A model generated the notes under the pieces. The model saw nothing but the letters and a program-made list of their open reading frames with translations, had not been told where the DNA came from and searched no databases. This document shows, one piece after another, positions 1 through 10,282 of a DNA stretch of 64,000 nucleotides. The stretch is from positions 77,810,001 to 77,874,000 of the forward strand of contig NC_087247.1 of the NCBI RefSeq assembly GCF_037042905.1. Direction: 5' to 3'. Source of the stretch: Lytechinus pictus. Taxonomy: Eukaryota. The position numbers and the translations under genes are program-made. The stretch's first letter is position 1; the number at the start of each line of letters is the position of its first letter.

Positions 1-2397
1 TATCAGACATAAAGTAGGAGAAAAAAATATTGGGAAGTAATTTTTTTTTGTAGGTGTTAACATTTTCATTTTGAAATTTCAGTCCGTGATGAAAAAAAAG
101 ATGAAAAGTTTTTTTATTCTTTATCGGAATAGAAATAAAAAATAAAAAGGTGTAGAGGTATCTCTCTAAACACTGTACATCATTTTAGTTGAACATAGCT
201 GAAATCCATACATTTTATCCATATCATAAACTCAATCGAAAATGATCACGGACGGACATTAATTTCATCACGGACGGACAAAGTTAATTCACTCAAATTC
301 AATTCACTCTAGTTTTATTGTTTTCAACGTTACTCCAATTTGTTTTGAATGGTCTTGCACTCTGAACATCAATCTATCATCAAACATAAATTAGTAGGAA
401 AAAATATGGGAAGTAAGCTTTTTTTGGTAGATGTTAACATTTCCATTTTAAGATTTCCGTCCGTGATGAAATTAATGTCCGTCCGTGATAATTTTTATTA
501 GGATAATATCTATGGATTCAGCTTTTTATTCTTTTATTAGAATAGAAACAGAAATAAAAGTGTGTAGAAGTATCTCACTAGACACTGTACATCATTTTAT
601 TTGAACATAGCTAAAATCCATACATTTTATGCATACTTCATAAATCAATCAAAAATGATCACGGACGGACGAGTGAGTATATAAGCAAATACTGTGGAAT
701 AATCCATGTATGCAAATGAGAAACTTTGCTGAGCAGATTATGAATTTAATTTTAGCTTCCATTTGCAGCGAAAAGTGGCTCTGAGAATTATTCAGAACTC
801 AAATGGAATAAACCTACAACTCTTCACAATGTTTTGTGATATCTTTGTTTGGCTGTTATTGGGGCTATATTGTTGTCAGGAAAAATTGTTAAACATTGGA
901 ATGCAGATATAGTTGAAAAGCTACATGTACATGTCTATGCCAAAAAAGCAGGAAATAAAATATGGCAAGAACAAGTCCAAAGCTGTAGATTTCATCAATT
1001 CAAGCTTGCAGAAAGTGATGGAAAAGAAGAAAGTAAAATGCAATGCATAATCTGATAAGCAGAAAAATCAATTTTTCCATGCACAAACCTATGGATTCAC
1101 AATGCTTCTAACAGAACATGACATCACGGTCTTGAGGCTTGTGAAAAATACATGAATACCTTTTTTCAAAGTCCATTTTGGAGCTACGTAATTGCTTATC
1201 TGGTAAACTGTGAAAATGCATAAAGCTTGCACTGCAGTGTTTAGAAGTTTAATAAGCTTTGGATTGGTACATGTATATCAATTTCAATTTTGGATTCGGT
1301 CAGGGCCTAAATACATGAGGGCTGTTGATGTTATGGGGTGTCTCCACTTTGATATGTGCAAAAGATGAATTTGAAGAGAACCTCTGACAAGTGTTGTGTC
1401 ATACTTGATCCAACAAACAAGCATAAGGATCAGCAACCTGTCGATCTTTTCGATTTAGTTTTTGGACCTAAAAAAACATCTTTGCTCTTGGAAGAGTAAT
1501 GCTTAAAAATCACCATGATCATAAAAATACTTGTATCAACATGATCATTGATCAACTAGATGTTGATTTGGAACCTACTAGTATTCTACAATTAATATTC
1601 TTTACATTCGATTTTTTACAAGAACTGTGTTAAGAGCAATCATATGACTCTAGAATCTAGATTATATTCTGCGTCTAGCATAGAAATCAAGTTGCTACAT
1701 CTTAAATCAAGTTGTAGCAACTTGATTGAAGTTGTAGCAACTTGATTGTGCAACTAATACTGTTTAATAATATCAAAATATGTACAAATCATCAATACAA
1801 TAGCATTTGTTCCCCCAAAAAAGTATTAAGAACTTCTTACAGGGTACTTCCAATGTATTTTGATTGTGTCCGCCCGTGATGTCCGTCCGAGATGTCCGTC
1901 CGTGATGGAAAATATTTGCAATTCTCTCAGAAGTTTGATATTGGTTAAGAATTCAATATGCTGAACATAGAAGCTAACATACCTGAGTGTTAGTTGCATT
2001 AACAATTATTGGTCAATGTTAAGCTGTGTAGATAGAAACAATAAAAATGTACAAAAATTCTAAAAACCACATTTCTATCATGTCCGTCCGTGATATGGCA
2101 CATTTAGTGGATACCTATGTTTGTAGGTAACCATGGCAACAATTTTTTTTCATCATTCAGCATACTTTGTCCTACCCTTCACTATAAAATACAAAGGAAC
2201 CTTGTTCATCTTATTCCTAATTTGTTACAAGCCTTCAAAACTTTCAAAATCTATCAAATGTCCGTCCGTGATGAACCGATCACGCTCTACTTTGAAACTT
2301 TTGGGATGGTATTTTTACACTATAAGCCTAATGTTAAGCCCATTTTCAAGAACCAAAATGAGAATTTTTTAAATCAGAACAAAGTGAAATGATCACT
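1..2397. mobile_element. Right part of a putative non-autonomous DNA transposon (Kolobok-like end) with repeated TCCGTCCGTGAT motifs
   Basis: Diverged direct repeat 1-258 vs ~376-670. Motif (TG)TCCGTCCGTGAT or its reverse complement near 82, 247, 267, 457, 477, 659, 1868-1906, 2081, 2260. Ends ...GATCACT|TTAA (2398-2401). Left end is outside the window; superfamily is inference. Confidence 0.4.
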
Positions 2398-3629
2398 TTA
2401 AGATGTGATTGGCCTTCCATCCGATAGACAATAGGTACTTGGTACGGCTCTGACTTTACCACCTGATGATAATGATGGATTCATCCCTTCAAAATGTGGT
2501 AGACCATATCATCGTACTGTGTTCTTGATTTTTTTTATATCTTTAAATATGAATTCTAATCAAATAAGTAACAGTTTTCATTACTTAATGATGGTTGTTT
2601 TGATGTAGGTGTGAAAATCTTTGAGTTGAGGAAATCCCATTTCTGCTTTCTGAGAATTTGAAACTCACAAACTTTATGCTTGGTATTCGCAAAGTTAAAC
2701 CGAGGTTGACTAAGACCAAATTTTTGTGGAGTGCAAAATGCCAAATCATTCACTGAGTAGAAATTATGTTTATTCTGTATTGAAAAAAAAAATTGAGTAA
2801 AAATTCTGTAATGAAATGTGAAGGAAAAGATGAGAATATGATGAATTTCAGTGAATTATTTGGTCCATATCTTTTTTTGTGAAAGTTGAACTTAGGTACA
2901 TGCAAACTAGCATTTCATAGATGTATGAACAGAATTGTTGATTATATAGGTTTGTTTTTATAAAAGCAGAACAAAAATTGAGAAAATTATTGATATTTAT
3001 TAAGGGTTGATGCAAATCCATCAAAGAATAATGGAGTTACAAATTTTAAAAGTTAAATTTTTCATACATCTTGAACAAGGAGTTCATCCATACGCGTGTG
3101 ATATGTATTCCTTAAAATGCAATTTTCTCATTTTTAGTTTGAAAGGGATTAATATGTGCCATGGATATATCATCAATCACATCATTTTATACCCCTTCTA
3201 TCTATATGAAAAAAAAAATATTTTATTCATTTCCATTGGACAAATGGAATTAATTTGTATAATCACTCATTTTCATATTCACATAAAATACACGTCATTA
3301 TAATATAAATAAAATGCATGGATCCATACACATACTGATACAAATGAAATACATCTAAGAAATTACAGAATGTCACAACAATGCTTTTTGATAATAAAAA
3401 AGAAAGGGTAAAGCATACCAATTTTTCAGTTGAAACAAGGGAAACTAAAATAAGGTCATGTGGCTTTGTAAAATAAGTTTTCTTATTTGCAATTTTGTCC
3501 TTGAATGGCAACCTAAACTACTGAACTAAATCATGGAAAGTCAATCATTTTTAAAGGTTTTTTTTTTCTGGAGGGGGGGGGGGATAGTAGCTGCACTATA
3601 TGAATGGTCCATATTATTATCATCATTAG

Positions 3630-3830
3630 ATTGTCCGCCTCATGAATGGTAGGTCATGGGTTCGATCTTCGGCCGAGTCATACTTAAGACTTATAAAAAA
3701 TGGGACCTTCTGCCTTCTTGCTAGGCGCTCAGCATTTAGATTGGAGAAGGGTGATAGTTATACTGGGCCCGCTGGTAGAGCAGTTACCTAACTGAAGTGG
3801 CTACCCTGGGTAATTATTTTATAATGATAA
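3630..3830 (+). mobile_element. tRNA-derived SINE (Meta-domain-like core), degenerate head
   Basis: B-box GGTTCGATC at ~3659, then GCCGAGTCATACTTAAGACTTATAAAAAATGGGACCTTCTGCC...GGCGCTCAGCATT resembling the core of invertebrate MetaSINE-type SINE2s; AT-rich/TAA tail. Confidence 0.6.
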
Positions 3831-3875
3831 TGCAGTAAAACTATTACAATCACAAAATTGAACAATGGCACAAGT

Positions 3876-4126
3876 TTAACATTTCATTTCAAACCCACTC
3901 TTAATGAGGTCAGCTGGGAACCCACTAGGTCTCTTAGGGGTATTGCTATCTTCCTGTATATTTCTGTCGTCATTGGACTGGTGAAACTCTTTTTGTATGG
4001 AAGTGCTACTGTGGTTCTTTGTAGACTGGTTGATTCCATTGGTCCGAGTTGAGTTCAGGTTACCATTTGTTAGCATTGAATCACATTGGAGAAGCTCCTT
4101 TAGAAGGATGTGTATGAAGTTTCCAG
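3876..4126 (-). CDS. EFCC1: EFCC1/CCDC48-like protein, last coding exon (8)
   Basis: Acceptor acAG at 4128-4127, phase 1; (A)GNFIHILLKELLQCDSMLTNG...GFEMKC*; in frame with ORF 3876-4076; phase matches exon 5869-5956. Confidence 0.75.
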
Positions 4127-4529
4127 CTGTATGTCATTTTGATAGAGAGAAATTGAGACAAACTAGTATTGATTAATAAAATACACGCTACGTATGTATG
4201 AATCAAACCATAATACACTTAATTTTAAAATATCTTCCATCGCCATCCCTTTTATGTGGCTTGGTAATTTCTAGATTTTTTTGAGAATCATCTCATCTCT
4301 CTTTTCCTTTTCCCTCGTCCTTCAGATGGAGATTGAAATTTATTTCTTCTCCTTTCCTCTCACCCATCCACTCCTTTCCTTCTCCTCCTTTTACTTTTTA
4401 AAGTTTTACCTCCCCCCTTCCTGTTTCTTCTTCTTCCTCTCCTCCTTCTTCTTTTGCGTCTTATTGTACTCCTCATTCTTCTCGTCCTCCTTCCTCTCCT
4501 ACTTCATGTTCTCCATGGCAGTTTTTAAT

Positions 4530-4780
4530 TAGTAAGTAAGTTTAAGTTTATTCAAACCAATCAAGTGATATAATACAAATATTTAGTACAAAGGTTGGCA
4601 AAGAGAATATAACATGAAAGGTTTGGACCCCATAGAAGAAGAGCTTGTGAAAGGGGCCCCTCGATGAAATGAATATAAGAACACAAAAAACAAAGGAAGA
4701 TATAAAACATTATGGGACTTTATTGAAGATAAAACCAAACAAAAATAATGTACTAAGCCAGACATGTCTTGCTTACTATA
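4530..4780 (-). mobile_element. 3' UTR remnant of an L2/CR1-type LINE
   Basis: Minus-strand AATAAA followed by a simple-repeat tail (reverse complement of agtaagtaagtttaagtttattc); internal stem-loop ggacccc...ggggccc typical of these 3' ends. Confidence 0.35.
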
Positions 4781-4787
4781 TTTCCAC

Positions 4788-5785
4788 CCCGGGGGAGGGC
4801 ACTCAAATTATTTATGATGGGGGTGTGCCTCACGAAACTATGAAATGGGGGTCTAAAGTACGCGGTCTTGGGAACTAAATATGTATACCGCGCGGTGTGA
4901 AGAAACATGGTCTGCGGACATGACGGAACTGGATCGTGGCACTGTACATGCTCTAGGTATACGGGAGTTGCGAAGCCGTAGGGGAAGGCGGGTAAGTTGA
5001 ACCACAACCCCCAGGCCAACAATTAGTAAGTCAGACAATTTGGTGGTGCCATGTATTGATGACCCATTACATAACCCCTATCCCCACCACATTGTTTTCA
5101 ACTTTGAAACAATAAGTACTTTTTAAGGGGGGAAAGACAAATTTCAGCCAAACAAGTAAAAAGGATGTGAAATAGATAAGTGTTTTTTACACGCACACGT
5201 CTTTAAATATAATAAAGACATGAGAACAACATTGTTGGTCCATATTCTTGTCATAGTTTTTTACATGATGGATGCATAAGAAATGTGTGGATGTGAAATT
5301 ATCGCATTAAGTTAGGACTGGGTATGTTAATCCAGCCAACGTGGGGCAAATTGAGCCATGGTAATTTTTATGGTAATGTATATATATATATATTTAAAAA
5401 AAAAATTAAAAAGCCATCGATATAAGGCAGAAGGGAGCAAATTTACATGACTGTTCTTTTCCTTTTAGAGGATGTTGGTATTTATAGAGAATTAGCAAGT
5501 GAAAACACTTTAAATAAAACAAAATTGACATGCTGGTTCTTCCCCCATACATTTTGTACATAGTTTTGGTGGCTCGACTTACCCCACAGATGGGGCAAGT
5601 TGAGCCATTGACATCTCTTTTTTCAAAGGTGACAGTGACTTTCAGTGTGGGGGTAGAAAGTTACACAGTAAAACGCTGTTTAAGATTTTATACAACGCTG
5701 TTGAACGCTATATGAACCTTACAGTAGTTGTTTAACCTGCACGTCCCCGTACCACCAATATATGTGAGTTCCCCCCCCCCCCGGG
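4788..5785. mobile_element. MITE / non-autonomous DNA transposon with CCCGGGG termini
   Basis: Termini CCCGGGGGAGGGCACTCA ... TGAGTTCCCCCCCCCCCCGGG; 7-bp TSD TTTCCAC at 4781-4787 and 5786-5792. Confidence 0.7.
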
Positions 5786-5868
5786 TTTCCACCATGTCTC
5801 TCATTGCTCTTTCACTCACTCATAAGTAGCTAGGCCTTATTATGTAAAAAAAAAAAAAAGAGTCCTAC

Positions 5869-5956
5869 CAAGATTGTGCCCTGCTTCCTTCTCTGAGTGT
5901 AGACTGTTCTCGCTTATGTCGAATATTATTTTCCCGAGTGACCGCTTTGAAAGATT
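5869..5956 (-). CDS. EFCC1: EFCC1-like exon 7
   Basis: taAG|AAT...CTT G|GTAGG; NLSKRSLGKIIFDISENSLHSEKEAGHNL resembles the EFCC1 motif NISKRALGKILL as recalled; phase 0 in, phase 1 out. Too short for the ORF track. Confidence 0.85.
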
Positions 5957-6111
5957 CTTATGAAAATTAGAATAAAAAAAAAGGAAATTCAGTGCATGTA
6001 TATTTGTATACGCCCGTCTTATATAGACGGGACGTATTATGGTATCACGCTCGGTCGTGGGCGGAAATATGTCTCCAAAGGTAGGGGAACCAGGGGCTGG
6101 ACAATTTGACC

Positions 6112-6175
6112 AATAATAATAATAACAACAACAACAAAAATAATAACAAGAATAATAATAATAATAATAATAATA
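6112..6175 (+). repeat. (AAT/AAC)n microsatellite, target site of the R4/Dong array
   Basis: Read directly; (AAT)n tracts also separate every element copy and close the array at 18366-18403. Confidence 0.95.
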
Positions 6176-9100
6176 GAGGGCGCAAATCCTTACTGAACGG
6201 ACGTGTTAAAAAGTTGCTCCCGTATTTTGCCATCATTTTACTGTTTATCTTACGATTTGTGGAAGGAAATTTACATCAGCAGATGCAATACAACACCAGG
6301 AACCCGATGGAGTACCGTGATTAGCATTTGGAGAATAATTAGGACATATATCAGTGAGTTTCATGATGTTTTTTATCGAAATTTCATAGAAAGTTGTTAT
6401 TCGAGAAGCGCGCACGATAACAAGTAGATGATACTACGCTGGCTTGATGGCAACCATTGTTACACGCTACTTTGAGTGACGTAGAACGATGAAAGGAGAT
6501 GATTACGATGGTGGAGAACTGAGATACTTTGGGAGATAAACGGCCTAGCTGAACAAACTTTTTTACACTTTAATTGTAGTTCCAGGGTAACGCCAACTCT
6601 TTTCCCCGAGCCAGGGATACGGCACAATCACTCATGCAAATGATGAATACAGATTTGAATACAAACGTTAACGGCGAAAACGAGAGAACTAGCCTGCATA
6701 GTTCGCTCGCGCCCGGTATGGATTCTGTGGAGGCTCAGGCAGGATCCAGTCGTCAATCTACTACTGGACCAAAAACTTCAACAAGAAGAGAATGGAGCAG
6801 AAGAGACAATATGAATGTCATGGAATGTTATCATGAGAGCAGACCTGACCAGGAAAGAGGCTACATCAAGAGAATGTACAAGATCTGGCAAGAGAAGGGT
6901 CTTTTCCCAACATCAGAGCAAAGACTTGCAGATCAGGTACGTGTGATCAAAAGGAATGAGTTACTGACTGAAGTTGAGAGGGAAGGGATCAGACGAAATG
7001 TGTATGAACCTGTGAGAGATGAGCAGGAGGAAGTACTCAGACCGGGAAGAGAAGAGCAGACAGAAGCAACAGCTCAATTTCAAACAGAATTGGATCCAAC
7101 CACTAACAGATTGGATGAAGAGCAGGAAGAGATAAAGATTATATTATTGGAGATAAAAGAGGGGTTAACAAAAGGAGAGCGCCCCACCCCTCCTAATCTG
7201 AAGAGAATACCAAGAGAGAAACTGCTGATAGAAACTCAGAAAGTCAACGATGTTATGAAGTTTATCAGCTCAGACAGTATTGAGGATACCAATGATCTCA
7301 TATATGCTGGAGCAGTTCTGGTAACAGAGAGGTTAGGTGTAAGAAAACAGGAGAACACAAGGAAGCACTGCCTACCACCATGGAAAAGGAGACTTGATAA
7401 TCAGATAAAGGGATGGAGGACAGACCTATCAAGACTGACAGAGATAAACCTTGGCAAAGCAGATATCAATGATTTTAAGTACCTTGGGGAGAAGTACAGT
7501 ATTAGAAGGAAATGAAGGAAGATCGTCGTGGAGGAACTAAAACAAAGAATAACAAGCACTACAGCAAAAGTAAAGAGGTACACCGATCGAGTGTCACAGT
7601 ATAGACATAATTCCTTGTTTGAGAACAACCAGAAGAGGTTCTACCAAGAAATAAATGGAAAGATGAAAGACGAAGTTCCACCACCAGATCCAGCTGAAGC
7701 AATTGCCTTCTGGAGCAACATTTGGAGCCAACCACACAATCACAACCACGAAGCTATGTGGTTGAAAACAACGAAAGAGGAATGTGCAACTATAGTTGCA
7801 CAGGATGATCTGACGATCAACAAAAGCAAGCTAGAAAAGATCATTCGGAAAATGGCGCCATGGAAAGCTGCCGGTCCAGACGGTGTGCAAGCTTTCTGGG
7901 TTAAAAGGTTCACAAATCTTCATGAAAGGCTGAGCATGCAAATGAACGAGATTGTCGTGAATGGTAACCCCCCTGATTGGATGACAAAAGGAAGAACGGT
8001 TCTCATCCCAAAGGATCCTACCAAAGGCAACATTCCGTCAAGCTACCGTCCAATTACCTGCTTGCCGATTCTCTGGAAGTTACTGACTGGCATAATATCA
8101 GAAGAAATACATCAACACCTGGACGATCAAGACATACTACCATGGGAACAGAAGGGATGTAGAAAAGGAAGTAGAGGAACAAAAGAACAACTATGCATCG
8201 ACAAAGGAATTATGAAAGACAGCAAGAAAAGAAAAACGAACCTCGCAATGGCATGGATTGACTACAAGAAAGCATACGACATGGTTCCGCACTCTTGGAT
8301 CATCGAGTCTATGGAAATGTTAGGGGTAGCAGACAATATCAGAAGGTTCCTCATTACAAGTATGACGAGATGGAGAACTAAGTTGGAAAGTAATGGTGAA
8401 GTGCTTGGAGAGGTTGGTATCAAGAGTGGAATCTTTCATGGAGATAGTCTATCTCCATTGCTGTTTGTGATGGCAATGACACTATTAACTAAGGTACTCA
8501 GAAGATCCAGGCTAGGATATGAGTTCAAGAGCAAGGCAAAAATCAACCATCTATTATACATGGACGATTTGAAGCTGTTTGGTAAGACACAAAGTGACTT
8601 GGAGTCTCTCATCAACACTTTGCGGATCTTCAGCGAAGACATCGGTATGCAGTTTGGGTTGGATAAATGTGCAATGATTACTCTCATGAAAGGTAAGCCA
8701 GCCAATGACAACAACTTCCAGATGCCGAACGGAGAAGAGATCAGATCAATCGAAGGCGGTGGTAGCTATAAATATCTCGGAATATTAAAGGCAGATCAGT
8801 TGAAACATCAAAAAATGAAGAAGAAGATTGAGGCAGAGTATATCAGGAGAATTCGGAAGGTGCTCAAATCCAAACTAAATGCTGGAAACATGGTGAAGGC
8901 TGTTAACACTTGGGCAGTAGCCCTAGTGAGATATGCTGCTGGCATAGTTGAATGGAACAAGCTTGAACTCGAAACCCTGGACAGGAAGACAAGGAAGTTG
9001 CTAACTATGCATGGGATGTTTCACCCAAAGTCTGATGTAGATAGACTTTATGTGTCAAGAGAGAAGGGAGGACGTGGTCTGGCTGGAATAGAGGAGACTG

Positions 9101-10126
9101 TAAGATATGAGGAACAAAGCCTATACTGCTATATTGAAGGCCAGATGGATAGCATCATGACGGCAGTCAAAGAGTCGATGAGGAAAGGAAAGGATGTGAC
9201 AGCGAAACAGCTGAAGGCTGATCAAAGGAAAATGAGACTGGAAGGATGGAAAGAGAAGGTGATGCACGGGCAGCATTTAAGACAGACAGAGGAGTTTGCT
9301 GGCCCAGAGAGTTGGCAGTGGCTGAAACGAGGAAGTTTAAATAAGGAGACGGAAAGTATGCTAGTTGCTGCTCAGGACCAAGCAATTAGAACAAATTACC
9401 GAATAGCCAAAGTTGAAAAGGAGCATACATCTCCCTCATGTAGAATGTGTCATGACAAAGACGAAACGGTGTCTCATCTGGTGAGTGAATGCAGCAAAAT
9501 GACACAGACAGAGTACAAAGGAAGGCACGACAGAGTAGCAGCTGCAGTTCATTGGGGTCTAGCCAAGAAGTACCATTTACCCCATGCGGAAAAATGGTAC
9601 GAACATCGGGCAGAGCCTGTAGTAGAGAACGACGATGTAAAACTTTTGTGGGATTTTAATATCCAGACAGACAAGGTCATTGAAGCTAGACGACCAGACA
9701 TCGTTCTCTTAAAGAAGAAGGAAAAGGAATGTCTCATCATAGATATTGCGATTCCGGGAGACTGCAGAGCTTGGCGTAAAGAGGAGGAAAAGATACAGAA
9801 GTATAACGATCTGGCATGGGAGCTGAGAAGGATATGGAAGGTGAAGACGAAGGTGGTACCAATAGTCATCGGAGCCTTAGGAACAGTGACAACAAGACAC
9901 AGAAGCTTTCTGGCTGTTCTAGGAGTCGAGGTGTCCTTTGAAACGATACAGAAGGCAAGCTTGCTTGGAACAGCTCATATCTTACGGAAGGTCTTGAATT
10001 AGAAAGAGAAGTGAACAATGAGAAGAGGACCCATTTGATATAATATAGAACAATAACCCTAGATTTCTGGAAGAAGTCCGGTTGCTGTTTAATATACCAA
10101 CATAACATCAAGTTGTGGACAATGGA
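6176..10126 (+). mobile_element. R4-clade (Dong/Rex6-like) RLE non-LTR retrotransposon, near full length (copy 1)
   Basis: ~460-bp 5' UTR after the (AAT)n, one long reading frame, ~125-bp 3' UTR and (TAA)n tail. RT, CCHC and PD-(D/E)xK endonuclease motifs. The 5' boundary is inferred. Confidence 0.9.
6634..10002 (+). pseudogene. R4/Dong RT-CCHC-RLE polyprotein ORF (~1122 codons) interrupted by one in-frame TGA at 7513-7515
   Basis: ORFs 6634-7515 and 7528-10002 share a frame (RRK*RKIVVEELKQ). Motifs KAAGPDG, YRPITCL, WIDYKKAYD, GIFHGDSLSP, YMDD (8557-8568), YKYLG, CRMC..ETVSHLVSEC, RHD, RPDIV, IIDIAIP, KIQKY. Confidence 0.9.
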
Positions 10127-10158
<32 letters not shown>

Positions 10159-10177
10159 TAATAATAATAATAATAAT

Positions 10178-10264
10178 AGAATATAGAACAATAACCCTAG
10201 ATTTCTGGAAGAAGTCCGGTTACTGTTTAATATACCAACAGAACATCAAGTTGTGGACAATGGA
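10178..10264 (+). mobile_element. 3'UTR-only mini-copy of the R4 element (repeated at 12696-12782 and 15218-15304)
   Basis: Matches the terminal ~88 bp of the 3' UTR (AGAATATAGAAC...TTGTGGACAATGGA), flanked by (AAT)n on both sides; has its own variant GGTTACTG. Confidence 0.9.
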
Positions 10265-10282
10265 AATAATAATAATAAAAAT

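Noticed and set aside
849-1500. Possible decayed transposon coding sequence
   Set aside because: No recognisable motif in the frames read by eye; would need tBLASTx or HMM search.
6045-6324. Poly-Leu/poly-Asn ORFs (also poly-Ile ORFs at 10113, 12631, 15153, 25200, 26238, 54446 and YI-repeat ORFs at 63682-63975)
   Set aside because: Translations of (AAT)n or (AT)n microsatellites.
6634-7515. Separate gag-like ORF1
   Set aside because: Same frame as the RT ORF with one TGA between; R4-clade elements are single-ORF, so a nonsense mutation is more parsimonious.
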